Assembly: GCA_963805855.1 (NCBI GenBank)
Contig: CAWDVW010000006.1
Location: 1 to 64,000 of the forward strand
DNA: 64,000 nt
Source: Candidatus Dadabacteria bacterium
GTDB lineage: Bacteria > Desulfobacterota_D > UBA1144 > Nemesobacterales > CSP1-2
Reading direction: 5' to 3'
Shown here one piece after another: positions 1 to 11,248 of this stretch. The notes beneath the pieces are model-generated. The model worked only from the letters and a program-made list of their open reading frames with translations, ran no database searches and was not told the origin of the DNA. Position 1 is the first letter of the stretch. Each line of letters starts with the position of its first letter. The translations under genes were made by a program, and so were the position numbers.

Positions 1-1
1 T

Positions 2-121
2 AGAACAGAGGGATTGGGGAAACTGATGGGCAAAAGATCTCTTGAAATAATAAATACGTTCACAATAAAAGAATCAGCCAAAGGCTTCATAGAGGCCATA
101 GATTCAATCTGGAAATGTTAA
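2..121 (+). CDS. C-terminal fragment of a gene running in from the left edge, probably a GT4 glycosyltransferase
   Basis: Open frame RTEGLGKLMGKRSLEIINTFTIKESAKGFIEAIDSIWKC*; resembles the GT4 C-terminal 'MG..s.e.i..ft' pattern; EPS context. Confidence 0.5.
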   Translation, partial: RTEGLGKLMGKRSLEIINTFTIKESAKGFIEAIDSIWKC

Positions 122-360
122 AACCCTAAGAAGAAGAAAGATGATAGAGGTCTTAAGGAAAAGAGGGGTTGAAAGAAAGGATCAGCGGAAAATTTCTTGA
201 ACCGGTTATGGACTTTACTATAAAGCAATCGGCTAAGAGGCGGTTAGCAATTGGAATATTTAGTATTCCATCGGTTTATTATTTTCAGGCGCTAGACTAT
301 TACTTCCCCAAAATTCGTATAATCGTGTGTTATAGGTAATATCTTGAGATAAAATGGGAA

Positions 361-1178
361 GTGCCAAGCGAAGATATACAAGAATATCTTGATGGAAAAA
401 AATTATATGGAGATGATTTTAACTTAGATGAAATAAAAAGGTGGTTTGAAGATGAAAAAGAGGGATATGCTAATTTAGGTGCAAAAAATAAGGAAAGGTA
501 CCGATTCATATCATGCCATAAATTATAAATATGGGTTCAAATTCTTACGTCATAAGAAATTTTCAAATGTTCTCGGATTTGGAAGTGCATATGGAGATGA
601 GTTTAAGCCGATTTTAAATAAAATAGAGAGCGTAACAATAGTAGAATCATCAGACGTATTTATTGGTAAAGAAATATCTGGTTTTCCGATTAGTTATATT
701 AGGCAAAAGTTGACGGTAATTACCCTTTCCAAGAGATTTTTTTGATTTAATAACTTGTTTTGGAGTATTACATCATATTGCTAATGTTAGCAAAATAGTA
801 GGAGAGTTTTACCGCTGTTTGAACCAGGTGGATATTTATTGATTCGTGAACCAACAGTATCAATGGGAGACTGGCGAAAAAAATAGAGGAACCGGTGTAA
901 CAAGAAGGGAGAGAGGTATTCCAATAAATATCTTTCGGCAGATGATTTCTTCTACAGGATTCAAGATTATTAATGAAAAAAGGTGCATGTTTCCGCTCAC
1001 AAGTAGACTCAGATATCTCATTAAAGGCACCTATAATTTCAAGATAACTTTATATGTTGATGAAAGTTTTTGTTGGCTTTTTGCGCGGAATAACAAATAT
1101 CACCCATCTAACCTATTTGATAAGCTAAGGCCAACATCTGTATTCTATGTACTTTATAAGGCCAATGTAACCGAATAG
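361..1178 (+). pseudogene. Class I SAM-dependent methyltransferase, broken by several frameshifts
   Basis: Joining frames gives VPSEDIQEYLDGKKLYGDDF...VLGFGSAYG (motif I-like)...FDLITCFGVLHHI...EFYRCL/PGGYLLIREP...RERGIP; ORFs 479-745 and 846-1178 are pieces. Confidence 0.75.
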
Positions 1179-1572
1179 TACATGTGATAGCAAATTTGCC
1201 AAGTATATAAAGTTATTGGGTAAGTAAAGTTTGCTCGGCAATCTTCCACATACGAATAGGTGGGACATTCTAAATCCGTATCCCATTGAAATGAATATTT
1301 CTATCTTGTTTGCGCATAAAAATTAGTTAGGGTTAGAAAACCCTTGCTATTGGTATATCTAAATTCTACTTGAGAAGAACCTGAGTGGATCCCCGCTTAA
1401 AGCGTGCGGTAATGACAACGACCAAATGTACAACCGCTCCACGTTCAGCCCGTACCATTTGTCGGACTGCTTTTCGTTGCAAGAGCAAATATACGTCGTC
1501 GCCTTTGACTAAGCCGAAGTCCCTATCTTGGCTGGGAATTTCGTGAGTATGCAAGGCGTTAAATTGAGAGTT

Positions 1573-2760
1573 ATGAGAATACTCCACATTACACCAAGCC
1601 TCGATCCCGAATGGGGAGGACCAACTAAAGTCGTATTTGAATTGACCGAAGCCTTGGCAAAAAAAGGTGTACGCATCTCTATATTTGCCCCTCTTGGAAA
1701 TGGCGTGGGTAAAACACTTGAAAAGCCTGATGGTGTAGATTTAACGCTCTTCCCACAGGGATTTCTTTCAAGATTTTGGACATCTTTTTCTCCTCCTTTG
1801 GGTAGGGCTTGCCAGAGGGAAATTTTAAACTTTGATCTGGTTCATATCCATGAGATCTGGCATCACCCCCATTTTGCTGCATATAGTGCAGCAAAAAAAG
1901 CAAGAAAGCCATATATAGTTACGATTCATGGGGCGCTCGAACTGTGGTGTTTAGATCATAAAGCTTTGAAAAAGAAGATATATGCAACATTTATTCAGAA
2001 AGGGATCCTTAAACAAGCTTCAGGACTACACGCTATGACCGAAGAAGAGGTCGATGGTATTTCCAATTTTGTAGATAATAAGATGGATAATAAGAATATA
2101 TTCGTAATCCCAAGTGGTGTTGATCTAGGAAGTTTTCAAAAACTCCCGCCGCATCCAGGCATAGAAAAAGTGTACCCGGAGTTAAATGGCAAAAAGGTTA
2201 TTTTGTTCTTGGGACGTCTTCATCCGGTAAAAGGCATCGATATTCTTGCCAAGGCTTTCGGAGCAATTCTAAACACACGAAGTGACGTACATCTTATGGT
2301 ATGTGGCCCAGATAGTCATGGATATAAAAGCAGTATTGAGCGAATACTTAAGGAAGATGGTGCATTAGGCAACACCACCTTTACAGGGATGGTGAGTGGC
2401 CTCCATAAACTCGCAATCTTATTTAGGGCGGATATATTTGTCCTTCCCTCTTATTCTGAGGGTTTTAGCGTGAGTGTCTTAGAAGCAATGGCGTGCGGGC
2501 TTCCTGTGATAATTACAAGACAATGTAATTTTATAGAAGTCAGAACGAGAGGAGCAGGCGAAGTCATCGAACCAAGCGTGCCTCAGTTAGCAAGGAGTTT
2601 AAGCGATCTCCTTGCTAAACCTCAAGTTCGTAAAAAAATGGGGGAAATAGGTAGACAGCTTGTAGCAGAGAAGTTTACGTGGGATAAAATAGCAGATCAG
2701 ATGATAGAAGTGTACAAGGGAATCCTGAGCACCAGGAACGGTTTTAGAGTTATCTCTTAG
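1573..2760 (+). CDS. Glycosyltransferase family 4
   Basis: MRILHITPSLDPEWGGP N-terminus; FLGRLHPVKG; PSYSEGFSVSVLEAMACGLPVI (E-x7-E). Confidence 0.95.
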   Translation: MRILHITPSLDPEWGGPTKVVFELTEALAKKGVRISIFAPLGNGVGKTLEKPDGVDLTLFPQGFLSRFWTSFSPPLGRACQREILNFDLVHIHEIWHHPHFAAYSAAKKARKPYIVTIHGALELWCLDHKALKKKIYATFIQKGILKQASGLHAMTEEEVDGISNFVDNKMDNKNIFVIPSGVDLGSFQKLPPHPGIEKVYPELNGKKVILFLGRLHPVKGIDILAKAFGAILNTRSDVHLMVCGPDSHGYKSSIERILKEDGALGNTTFTGMVSGLHKLAILFRADIFVLPSYSEGFSVSVLEAMACGLPVIITRQCNFIEVRTRGAGEVIEPSVPQLARSLSDLLAKPQVRKKMGEIGRQLVAEKFTWDKIADQMIEVYKGILSTRNGFRVIS

Positions 2761-2840
2761 AGTTGATAATCTAAAACATATTCTAATAGAAGTAAAAAAA
2801 GATTTTCTGATAAGACGTGCTCAATAATAAGGAGGGCTAG

Positions 2841-4580
2841 ATGTATATCTTGGGTATTAATGCATACCATGGTGATTCATCAGCATGTATCATCAACGAT
2901 GGTGAAATTATCGCTGCAGTCGAGGAGGAGAGGTTCAGAAGGATAAAGCACTGGGCAGGATTTCCCTCGGAAGCAATCAACTACTGCCTTGAAGAAACAG
3001 GGATTTCACCCAGAGAAATATCGCATGTCGGTATATCCCGCAATCCGAGCGCTCATTTACATAGAAAAGTACTATTTTCCTTGTCGAAACGTCCGAGCTT
3101 TTCTATGATAAAAGACCGGATGGCTAACGTGGCTAAAGTAAAAGATATAAGAAACGAGTTCTGTAAAGCGCTAGAGCTCCCTTTCAACTATATAACGACC
3201 AGCTTCCATAACGTCGAGCATCATCGTGCCCATATGGCAAGCAGTTTTTTTCTTTCTCCTTTTGAAGATGCGGCGATATTATCTATAGATGGCTTTGGAG
3301 ATTTTGTAAGCACCATGTGGGGCGTTGGACTAGAAAACAAAATCAAAATTCTAGGCTCCGTGGGTTTCCCCCACTCTCTGGGTCTTTTTTACACGGCTGT
3401 CACTCAATATCTTGGATTTCTAAAATATGGTGATGAATATAAGGTTATGGGGCTCGCTGCTTACGGCGAGCCTGAATATGTGGACGATTTAGAAAAAATA
3501 GTGAGACTTAAAAAAAATGGAGATTTTGAACTAGAACTTGACTGTTTCCTCCACCATTCAGAGGGAGTCGATATGACATGGGAAGGGGGAGAACCTAACC
3601 TGGGAAAATTGTATTCAGATCAGTTTATAAAGAGGTTTGGACCTCCGAGAAATCGCGGGGAAGAACTCACAAAGCGACATGAAAACCTGGCTTCATCGCT
3701 CCAGGTGATATTGGAAGAAGCTTATTTTCACGTACTCAATAGCGTCTATGAGAAGACTAAAAAGAAAGCACTTTGTCTTGCCGGCGGAGTAGCATTTAAT
3801 AGTGTCGCTAATGGAAAGATATTTGATAACACACCCTTTGAGGAAGTCTATATTCAAGCAGCGGCCGGAGATGCAGGAACAGCTCTTGGAGCAGCCTACT
3901 ATATTTATCACCAGGTTCTTGGTAGACCTAGAAAATTTGAAATGAAGCACGCTTTCTGGGGGCCTGGCTTCTCCAACGGGAATATAGAAAGAGCTCTTAA
4001 AGACTCGAGATCAAATTACGAAGTCTTCGATGAAGATCTCATCCTGAAAAAAGCAGCTCAAGCAATCTCCGAGGGGAAGGTTGTGGGATGGTTCCAGGGA
4101 AGGATGGAATGGGGTCCACGAGCCTTGGGGAATAGGAGTATTCTTGTCGATCCCAGGAGAAAAGATATGAAAGACATACTAAATGCCAGAATAAAAAGAA
4201 GAGAGCCCTTCAGACCTTTTGCCCCGTCAATTCTAATCGAATCCGTAGGAGATTATTTTGAAAAAACCTATCCTGATCCTTTTATGATTAAAGTCTATCC
4301 CATTAAAAAAGATAAAAGAGGAGCAATACCCGCCGTAACTCATGTTGATGGCACAGGCAGGCTGCAAACCGTAAGTCGTGATGAAAATCCGATTTATTGG
4401 AAGTTAATAAAGGAATTCGAAAAATTGACGGGTGTTCCTGTGGTTCTTAATACCTCTTTTAACGAAAATGAGCCCATAGTTTGTACACCTCAGGAAGCAA
4501 TAGACTGCTTTTCAAGAACAAAGATGGATCTACTCGTCATTGGTAATTATTACGTAGAAAAGGATGCACAATCCAACTAG
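2841..4580 (+). CDS. Carbamoyltransferase (NodU/CmcH family)
   Basis: HGDSSAC, EEERFRRIKH, EHHRAH, DGFGD, GPRALGNRS, KRREPFRPFAP, HVDGTGRLQTV, LNTSFN; RBS AGGAGG. Confidence 0.96.
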   Translation: MYILGINAYHGDSSACIINDGEIIAAVEEERFRRIKHWAGFPSEAINYCLEETGISPREISHVGISRNPSAHLHRKVLFSLSKRPSFSMIKDRMANVAKVKDIRNEFCKALELPFNYITTSFHNVEHHRAHMASSFFLSPFEDAAILSIDGFGDFVSTMWGVGLENKIKILGSVGFPHSLGLFYTAVTQYLGFLKYGDEYKVMGLAAYGEPEYVDDLEKIVRLKKNGDFELELDCFLHHSEGVDMTWEGGEPNLGKLYSDQFIKRFGPPRNRGEELTKRHENLASSLQVILEEAYFHVLNSVYEKTKKKALCLAGGVAFNSVANGKIFDNTPFEEVYIQAAAGDAGTALGAAYYIYHQVLGRPRKFEMKHAFWGPGFSNGNIERALKDSRSNYEVFDEDLILKKAAQAISEGKVVGWFQGRMEWGPRALGNRSILVDPRRKDMKDILNARIKRREPFRPFAPSILIESVGDYFEKTYPDPFMIKVYPIKKDKRGAIPAVTHVDGTGRLQTVSRDENPIYWKLIKEFEKLTGVPVVLNTSFNENEPIVCTPQEAIDCFSRTKMDLLVIGNYYVEKDAQSN

Positions 4581-4755
4581 TAACTGCAGATTTTAAAATC
4601 CAAATATTCCGAGTCGATTAAATGGAGCTCAATTACAAAAAAAATCAAAATCTAACATAGTCGTATCTTAATCTTCTTCAAATCCTCTAAAATCTATTTT
4701 TTAGGGATTTCCAAGTCAATTTTCTTAAATTAAAGCTTAGCAATTCTGAATTAAC

Positions 4756-5505
4756 ATGATGAAAGTTTCTTTAATAACGGTTGTTCTAAATAACAGAGCG
4801 CATATAGAGGACTGTTTGAAAAGCGTATTCAGTCAGACTTATCAAGACATTGAACATATTGTTATTGATGGTGGTTCCGCCGACGGAACAATAGAAATTT
4901 TGAGAAAATATGAAAATAGGATTTCAAGGTGGATCAGTGCTTCCGATAATGGAATATACGACGCTATGAACAAAGGTATTGACCTTGCAACTGGTGATGT
5001 TATTGGTTTTTTAAATTCGGATGACATCTATGCTGATGAAAAGGTAATTGAGGATATTGTAAGTGTGTTCATGAATTATAATGTAGAAAGTTGCTACAGC
5101 GATTTAGTTTATGTAGATAAAGAAGATTTAAACAAAGTCAAAAGGTATTGGAAATCCAACAGTTTTAAAGAATCGTCATTGCAAAAGGGTTGGCATCCGC
5201 CACATCCAACTTTTTTCGTAAGAAAGGAATTGTATGATAGATATGGTAAGTTTAATCTTAATTACCAAATTGGTTCTGATTATGAATTGATGCTTAGATT
5301 TTTAGCTAAGCATAGAGCTTCAACTTACTATATATCCAGGGTCCTCGTAAAGATGCGAGTGGGAGGGAAGAGTAATGGGAGCATGTGGAGAATAGCAAAG
5401 GCGAATGTAGAATGCTATAAAGCCTGGAAGGAAAACGGCCTGGATGTATCACCATTTATAATCTTGAAAAAACCATTATCAAAACTGGTTCAATTCATCA
5501 CCTAG
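4756..5505 (+). CDS. Glycosyltransferase family 2 (WcaE/WfgS-like)
   Basis: IVIDGGSADGT, DNGIYDAMNKG, FLNSDD, PPHPTFF. Confidence 0.95.
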   Translation: MMKVSLITVVLNNRAHIEDCLKSVFSQTYQDIEHIVIDGGSADGTIEILRKYENRISRWISASDNGIYDAMNKGIDLATGDVIGFLNSDDIYADEKVIEDIVSVFMNYNVESCYSDLVYVDKEDLNKVKRYWKSNSFKESSLQKGWHPPHPTFFVRKELYDRYGKFNLNYQIGSDYELMLRFLAKHRASTYYISRVLVKMRVGGKSNGSMWRIAKANVECYKAWKENGLDVSPFIILKKPLSKLVQFIT

Positions 5506-5639
5506 TCTTTTACTAGTGAGTTCGCTGGAGCATGCGACAGGGTTTTCCCTGCCCGTCATTTGGGAACGAAGTACCCCAGAAGAAAGTTCCTGCATTCCAG
5601 GCGGTTCATCTAGTGTTACTCGCGATAAAAAAAGTTTTA

Positions 5640-5840
5640 CTGTCATTGCGAGACTGACTAGGTCAGTCGAAGCAATCTCCTCCAAACGAGGCAGTGCATT
5701 TCGCTTTACATGATCCTATCGCACCTAGGTAGCAGATTCCTTCGCGAGAGCCTGCACTGTAGCTCGACATGCTCGCAGTGACAACTGAGACTATCAGTTT
5801 CTATTGTGATGCCCTGCAGCTGGCCGCGGTGGAGATTCAT
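5640..5840. repeat. Cluster of REP/RPE-like palindromic repeats
   Basis: GTCATTGCGAG..GAAGCAATCTC ... AGATTCCTTCG..CTCGCAGTGAC arms; 5808-5839 (minus strand) resembles 41254-41284 and 63642-63672. Confidence 0.6.
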
Positions 5841-6095
5841 TTTGACGCTTAGAAGTAATTTTGGTTAATTGTTTTGGATTATTTCATGACCTATTTACTA
5901 TGACAAGGAAGTAGTTTCTACAATCAATTGTTATACCTTTCACAAGGATTAAAACATTTTTCTACATGAATAATTAAACTTCAATCCGATTGTTTTTCAG
6001 TTAAAGAAGTAGTAAAAAACTTATACTTGCAATAGTAATCAGATTCACTCTTTATATCTTCGTTGAGAGAAGCTCTGAAGGACTAAAACATAAAA

Positions 6096-7037
6096 ATGAG
6101 AACTTCATCTGAAACTTTAGAAACAGAATATGAGATAGAATCATGTGTATATCGAAGTCCGTTCTACAAAAGAGTCTTGGATGTTTCTATCATTATTCTT
6201 GCACATATCGCCTTGCTTCCTATATGGGTTATTATTTGGTTGGTTATTCCTGTGGCCATCTGGCTTGAAGACCGGGGTCCAGTATTTTTCACAGATCAGA
6301 GAGTGGGTCAATACGGAAGGAGGTTTAAAGCATACAAATTTCGATCAATGGTTGTTAATGCAGATGATGGGCTTGGCCCAAAGCAGGCTGAAGAAAACGA
6401 CAGCAGGATTACGAAGGTAGGAAAGATTCTTCGTGCGACCGCCCTGGATGAACTACCCCAGTTAATAAATATCTTGATTGGCGATATGAGCTTCGTGGGT
6501 CCCAGAGCCCTTAGAGAAAATGAGATTGAAATAAATAGTGATTTTGGACGAATAGAGCATGTACCAGGTTACCGGATAAGAACCCAGGTTTCCCCTGGTC
6601 TGACTGGCATTGCACAGGTTTATGCTCCCAGGGATATAAATAAAAAGAATAAGTTTCGGTACGATGCCGTTTATGTAAAGAAAATGAGCCCCTGGCTGGA
6701 TATAAAGCTTGTCGTCCTTTCAGTATGGGTGACATTGAGGGGAAAATGGGAATCCAGGAATGATAAAATTGGCCTGAAGCTAGGAAACATAACGTTAACG
6801 AGACGACGAGTTAAAAAGGAAGAAGTGATGGTAAGCAACAAACCAATCGGTCAAATTCTTTTGGAAGAACGGGTTATTACAAAACAGCAACTGAATGATG
6901 GGATTCAGTTTCAAAAAATGCAAGGAGGTAAACTAGGACAGAATCTTATCAGAAAGGGTTATATTTCAGAATCCAGCCTTAGACACTTTCTGGATAAGCA
7001 ACTAGCAATGAATGGCGGTAGGTACCAATCTTTGTAG
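6096..7037 (+). CDS. Priming sugar (phosphoglycosyl) transferase, Bac_transf family, with a C-terminal MshEN-like c-di-GMP-binding domain
   Basis: KRVLD, YKFRSM, RITKVGKILRATALDELPQL, GDMSFVGPR, PGLTGIAQV; C-terminal PIGQILLEERVITKQQLNDGIQFQ-x5-KLGQNLIRKGYISESSLRHFLDKQ. Confidence 0.92.
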   Translation: MRTSSETLETEYEIESCVYRSPFYKRVLDVSIIILAHIALLPIWVIIWLVIPVAIWLEDRGPVFFTDQRVGQYGRRFKAYKFRSMVVNADDGLGPKQAEENDSRITKVGKILRATALDELPQLINILIGDMSFVGPRALRENEIEINSDFGRIEHVPGYRIRTQVSPGLTGIAQVYAPRDINKKNKFRYDAVYVKKMSPWLDIKLVVLSVWVTLRGKWESRNDKIGLKLGNITLTRRRVKKEEVMVSNKPIGQILLEERVITKQQLNDGIQFQKMQGGKLGQNLIRKGYISESSLRHFLDKQLAMNGGRYQSL

Positions 7038-7126
7038 GCTCGCGTTGGAAGCTGTCCATTATCCCGTAACGATATAAATGAGTGAGAAACCACAACACGG
7101 AGTCGCGATCGATAGCTACTGACTAA

Positions 7127-10100
7127 TCATGGAACAGGGCACCCGTTTACTCCCACATTTAACCTTTCGTTTACATCAAAACAACTATCCCCTTGTATGT
7201 CATTTATCCCAGGTACAATCGCACCACACGGGAACTGACCCGTTGTCTGATTCCAAAGCTTTTCGTCTGTAAGCTCCCCATTTTCATATCTATAGACTAT
7301 ATTAGCTCCAATATCTTCGCGATTGAATCCAGCTCCAGCCATATTTGAGGATTGACCCCCTATTTTGGGGTTTGTGCCTCCATGTCCGTCGTGACCACCG
7401 GGTATATAGACGGCACATTGATTCGTTCCTGTGCCTATCAATGTTGGATTTATACTTGTCTCATGCGTAAAGTCTCCGTAAGCATCTCCTGCGGGAGGAT
7501 AGAAATTGGTGCCGTTGCTGTAGCCATTCGCATAATCAACATTCCAACCGCCCTGAAGCGGAGGTCTGGAACCACGTTTCGTAATGTCTATGCCCATTAT
7601 TACTTTATCCCGCACTAAGATATTGGAAGCGTGGAATGACGAATTGGGAGTTGTGGTCCCATCATCAGCCCTGCCGTGGGCAAGAATACCACTACCGTTG
7701 CCCCCCAAAATCGTCACATTGCTAACCTGCGTATTCACAGCCCCCGGTGATATAAGGTCGCCAAATCCACCCGGATCATAGTTATTGATGCAAACAAGAT
7801 TCTCGAATGTCGTATTCTGAACTAATTGGCTTTGAGTGCGACTGTCATTCCGAAAGCAATTGTATTTGTTACCGATCCCTATGTCTCCAAAGAATCGGTT
7901 GCCGACTGCCGTGCTGTGCGTCTGCATACCTTCGCTCGAATCAGCTCCATCGCCTTCTACTATCACATTCTCCATGATACTATTGCTAGTGCTGTAGAAA
8001 ACTATAGACCTATCCCCTACACTAGTAGTACCTCCTGGTATGGGAGAGAAATCCCTGACATTACCATAGACTCTTCTAAATGTGCATCTTTGTGACCCGT
8101 AACAATTTAACAAATGTCTAAGAGAATAATAGATTTCAGAATCTTCAACCAACATGGTATCACTAAGGGAAATATTGAACGGCGCTCCTCTTGTATACCG
8201 ATTATGCTTGGCAACCAATACTTTTCTAACGTTTATATTATTGTCATACCATAATTGAATTGTGTATATTTGGCCACTGGTGTTACCTGTATCAAAATCC
8301 CCACTTTCAAGCCACAATCCCTCTATATTCCAGTATGAACAATATTTCATCACAAGAGCCGATTGAGAACCATCTGATTGAACATAGGCCCGTCTTTCGT
8401 TTTCTGCTTTGATTGTTATGGGTTGAGTTGCAGTACCACTTTCAGCACTACCAGAACTACCACAATTTATAAAAGGCAACCCCGTGGTCGATTTAGTATA
8501 GGTACCATCTCTAAGAATCAGGGTGTCTCCCGGTAGAAGTTGAGATATTGCAAAACTGAGAGTCTTCCAAGGCCTACTAGATGTTCCCGGATTTGAATTC
8601 GATCCGGTAGGTGATATATAAAATGTGGGTCCCGATGGTTCGGGATCGGGAGTTGGCGTCGGTGTTGGAGTAGGATTTGGTGAGGGTTGGGGAGGAGAAG
8701 AAACACTGATAACTATCGAATCTGATGCGCTCATTCCATCATTGTCGACAACTTCAACTGTTGAATTGTAGGTTCCAGGAGCGGTATAAATGAATTCAAC
8801 GGGATTTGAGGTTGTAATGTCATCAACCGTTCCATTACCGTCATAATCCCATCTGTACTCTACAATATAACCATCGGGGTCATAGGCGTTTGATTCGAAA
8901 GTAACAAGAAGTGGGATTATACCGGATGAAGGACTTGCGCCTAGGTTTAAAGTTGGTGGCTGATTTTGGGAAGAAGGAGGTGAGGGGTTAGGGGTTGGTG
9001 TAGGTGTAGGCGTAGGAGTTGGAACATCATTTGTTGTTACTAAAGCTGATTTAATATAATTTAAATTAATTCCACCGCTATCCATTTCAATGCGCACCAC
9101 CTGTTCACCGGCATTTAATTCTACCCCTGCCACACTAACTGTCTGCCAGTTCTGCTCTCCACCCGTATTAGGTACTGCTATTGCCCCAGTCTTATCTACT
9201 CCATCAAATCTGATTCGAAACACCTTTCCACTCTCCTCCGATGCCACTCGTGCCTCTATCCTGTAAGTGCCAGAGTTCATGATATTCACCGTGTATTCAA
9301 GCCAATCTCCAGGTTCTGCCCCTTTGATGTTAAAACCACCTCCCACATCAGTAGAATCCTCAAGATTAAATTCAGAGGCATCTACCCGATATACTGGCCA
9401 TGCTGTAGGAAACGTATTCTTGAAAGCAAAACCTTTACCTCCCCAGTCAAAGTCTTCTGCCTCAATAACTCCTGGGATTTCTCTAGGTCCACCATTAAAA
9501 GGGGCCTGTTGTACCACGTCTCCACTATATGCCGCTGGGTCCGATAGAGCTTGCCACCATTCTTCCGTTGCTATAGATTCACTAGCGCTAGTAACTACCA
9601 ATGCACTACCATTAGGATCATCCTTAAAAGCAGGTACCTTCATGAATGGATTACCAAATGAGTTAGGTATATCTATCCAGTGACTGAATGAGACCCTTTT
9701 GGTTGTGATCAAATAATCAGGCCTCATTAAAGATATGGGAGCAGGACCATCTCCATCTATATCTCCAAGTAGACCTTGACCCTGCTGATGCTTATCAACC
9801 ATAAAACGTTTCAGCTCATTTTCGGGTATTTCTGTTCCAGCCAACCTTGATTTTGTAACCTCTGGAGGAGAATACAGGCTCGGAAATTGCACGTAGCTAA
9901 ATTTCTCAAGCACAATATAAGCAGCCCATCCGTCTAGCTGTCCGTTATAGGCATTCATATTGTCCTCTCTCCCAAGAACTGAAGCCACCACTACTTTGTC
10001 AGCAATACTGTTATCCAATAGATAGGCATCCGCCACAGCGGTCAGTGGGCCCCCGGTTACTATAACTAAGGGTTTTTCTGCGGTTGCCTTATTAGCCTCT

Positions 10101-11002
10101 TGTACGATCAAGCGACTGCCGGGGGTATCAATAGGTTCCGTATCCTCAATTACATCAGAGGCAGGATGCGCAAGTGGTCTTGCAGGACCTGGAACCGGAT
10201 CAGGAATATTAATCATCCCGCTGCGTCGGGCTTTACCCACTATATCGTTGTACATAGGAGTGTCCCATATGTCAGGATCATCCAGTTCCCCACCTCCCGC
10301 GTCGGGAACGATCCCTACTAGATTAATATCTCCAGCACTGGCCAATGCCATGAGATACTCTAATGTGTATGTATCGATATTCCCGTCATTGGTGTGTATG
10401 ACAGGACTAGTGTTATCATAGGGTAATAGCGTAGGATCTGGCGAAGCGGTCGGGGATGGCGTAGGAGTGGGTGCTAGGGTCGGAGTTGCGGTCGGCGTTG
10501 GAGATGGTCTCGGGGTTGGTGTGGGAGTAGGCGTCGGAGTTGGTATAGGACTTGGAGTCGGTGTTGGCGCGGGGGACGGTGTGGGAGTGGGAGTAGGTGG
10601 GGGATCAGGAGGTGTAAATCCCCATGCAACATACAGTTCTCCTTTAGAGCGACCTTCAATGGTACCTTTATTCTCTGAAGCATAGTTGGTATGGCTTTTA
10701 TAGAAACTATCTCTTGAATAATTAAAGGATTTGCTGTCTATTTTAAAATCGTAGGCCGATGAAGTGGTAGGGAGAAAAAGAATTGCTCCGAAGAGAATTA
10801 AAAAACTTCTAGTGAAATTTTTGCGAGAAATGAATAAAGCCTTTTTGAATAAACGACGATTTGTATAAATTTTCCCATCCTCCTCAATTTTGGTTTGTGA
10901 CAAACCGTCCTCAAGGGGATGAATCGCTAGCTTATAATTTGAAGGATTGATTGCTGGAATTATTAGGGATAGAGTGACAATTACAATACCCAACTTCGGC
11001 AA
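7127..11002 (-). CDS. Large secreted multidomain protein: signal peptide, Pro/Thr linker, nucleoside-hydrolase-like domain, CBM6, PKD, right-handed beta-helix (polysaccharide lyase-like). The true start is probably near 10878, downstream of the riboswitch
   Basis: Signal [24 protein letters not shown]; (PT)n linkers; [27 protein letters not shown] (CBM6); [16 protein letters not shown] (PKD); [35 protein letters not shown] (beta-helix start). Confidence 0.85.
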   Translation of the reverse strand: MPKLGIVIVTLSLIIPAINPSNYKLAIHPLEDGLSQTKIEEDGKIYTNRRLFKKALFISRKNFTRSFLILFGAILFLPTTSSAYDFKIDSKSFNYSRDSFYKSHTNYASENKGTIEGRSKGELYVAWGFTPPDPPPTPTPTPSPAPTPTPSPIPTPTPTPTPTPRPSPTPTATPTLAPTPTPSPTASPDPTLLPYDNTSPVIHTNDGNIDTYTLEYLMALASAGDINLVGIVPDAGGGELDDPDIWDTPMYNDIVGKARRSGMINIPDPVPGPARPLAHPASDVIEDTEPIDTPGSRLIVQEANKATAEKPLVIVTGGPLTAVADAYLLDNSIADKVVVASVLGREDNMNAYNGQLDGWAAYIVLEKFSYVQFPSLYSPPEVTKSRLAGTEIPENELKRFMVDKHQQGQGLLGDIDGDGPAPISLMRPDYLITTKRVSFSHWIDIPNSFGNPFMKVPAFKDDPNGSALVVTSASESIATEEWWQALSDPAAYSGDVVQQAPFNGGPREIPGVIEAEDFDWGGKGFAFKNTFPTAWPVYRVDASEFNLEDSTDVGGGFNIKGAEPGDWLEYTVNIMNSGTYRIEARVASEESGKVFRIRFDGVDKTGAIAVPNTGGEQNWQTVSVAGVELNAGEQVVRIEMDSGGINLNYIKSALVTTNDVPTPTPTPTPTPNPSPPSSQNQPPTLNLGASPSSGIIPLLVTFESNAYDPDGYIVEYRWDYDGNGTVDDITTSNPVEFIYTAPGTYNSTVEVVDNDGMSASDSIVISVSSPPQPSPNPTPTPTPTPDPEPSGPTFYISPTGSNSNPGTSSRPWKTLSFAISQLLPGDTLILRDGTYTKSTTGLPFINCGSSGSAESGTATQPITIKAENERRAYVQSDGSQSALVMKYCSYWNIEGLWLESGDFDTGNTSGQIYTIQLWYDNNINVRKVLVAKHNRYTRGAPFNISLSDTMLVEDSEIYYSLRHLLNCYGSQRCTFRRVYGNVRDFSPIPGGTTSVGDRSIVFYSTSNSIMENVIVEGDGADSSEGMQTHSTAVGNRFFGDIGIGNKYNCFRNDSRTQSQLVQNTTFENLVCINNYDPGGFGDLISPGAVNTQVSNVTILGGNGSGILAHGRADDGTTTPNSSFHASNILVRDKVIMGIDITKRGSRPPLQGGWNVDYANGYSNGTNFYPPAGDAYGDFTHETSINPTLIGTGTNQCAVYIPGGHDGHGGTNPKIGGQSSNMAGAGFNREDIGANIVYRYENGELTDEKLWNQTTGQFPCGAIVPGINDIQGDSCFDVNERLNVGVNGCPVP

Positions 11003-11081
11003 CTCAGCCGACCTAGGTTAATTTATAACCTTCAATCCTGTAGTTTTGCGTCCCGCTTTTCTAACGGTTTGCCTTTATCGG
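10995..11081 (-). promoter_or_regulatory. c-di-GMP-I (GEMM) riboswitch
   Basis: Minus strand CCGAUAAAGGCAAACCGUUAGAAAAGCGGGACGCAAAACUACAGG...CUAGGUCGGCUGAGUUGCCGAA matches the GGCAAA / GNRA loop / GGGACGCAAA / GUUGCCG hallmarks. Confidence 0.88.
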
Positions 11082-11248
11082 TTAGGTGTATCTACCGAGA
11101 TTTGAAATCTTTAAAGCTTTTCTTTCAAAGAGCGATATAACTTGCTCAGAATCTTACAATAAACTAATTCATGAAGTCAAGCCCTTTTTAAAATTAATCG
11201 TATTAAGTTACGTGTTTCACGGAACAGGGAGCTTGGCGATATTCTATA

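Noticed and set aside
5479-5713. Short ORFs over repeat clusters (also 13853-14047, 19489-19686, 30412-30633, 42197-42456)
   Set aside because: Explained by palindromic REP/RPE-like DNA; no protein features
10440-10615. Tandem GGNGTN hexamer repeats (also about 8640-8695 and 8980-9025) and the Gly/Val-rich plus-strand ORF 10467-10685
   Set aside because: Antisense of the (Pro-Thr)n linkers of the large protein; not a CRISPR array or a separate gene
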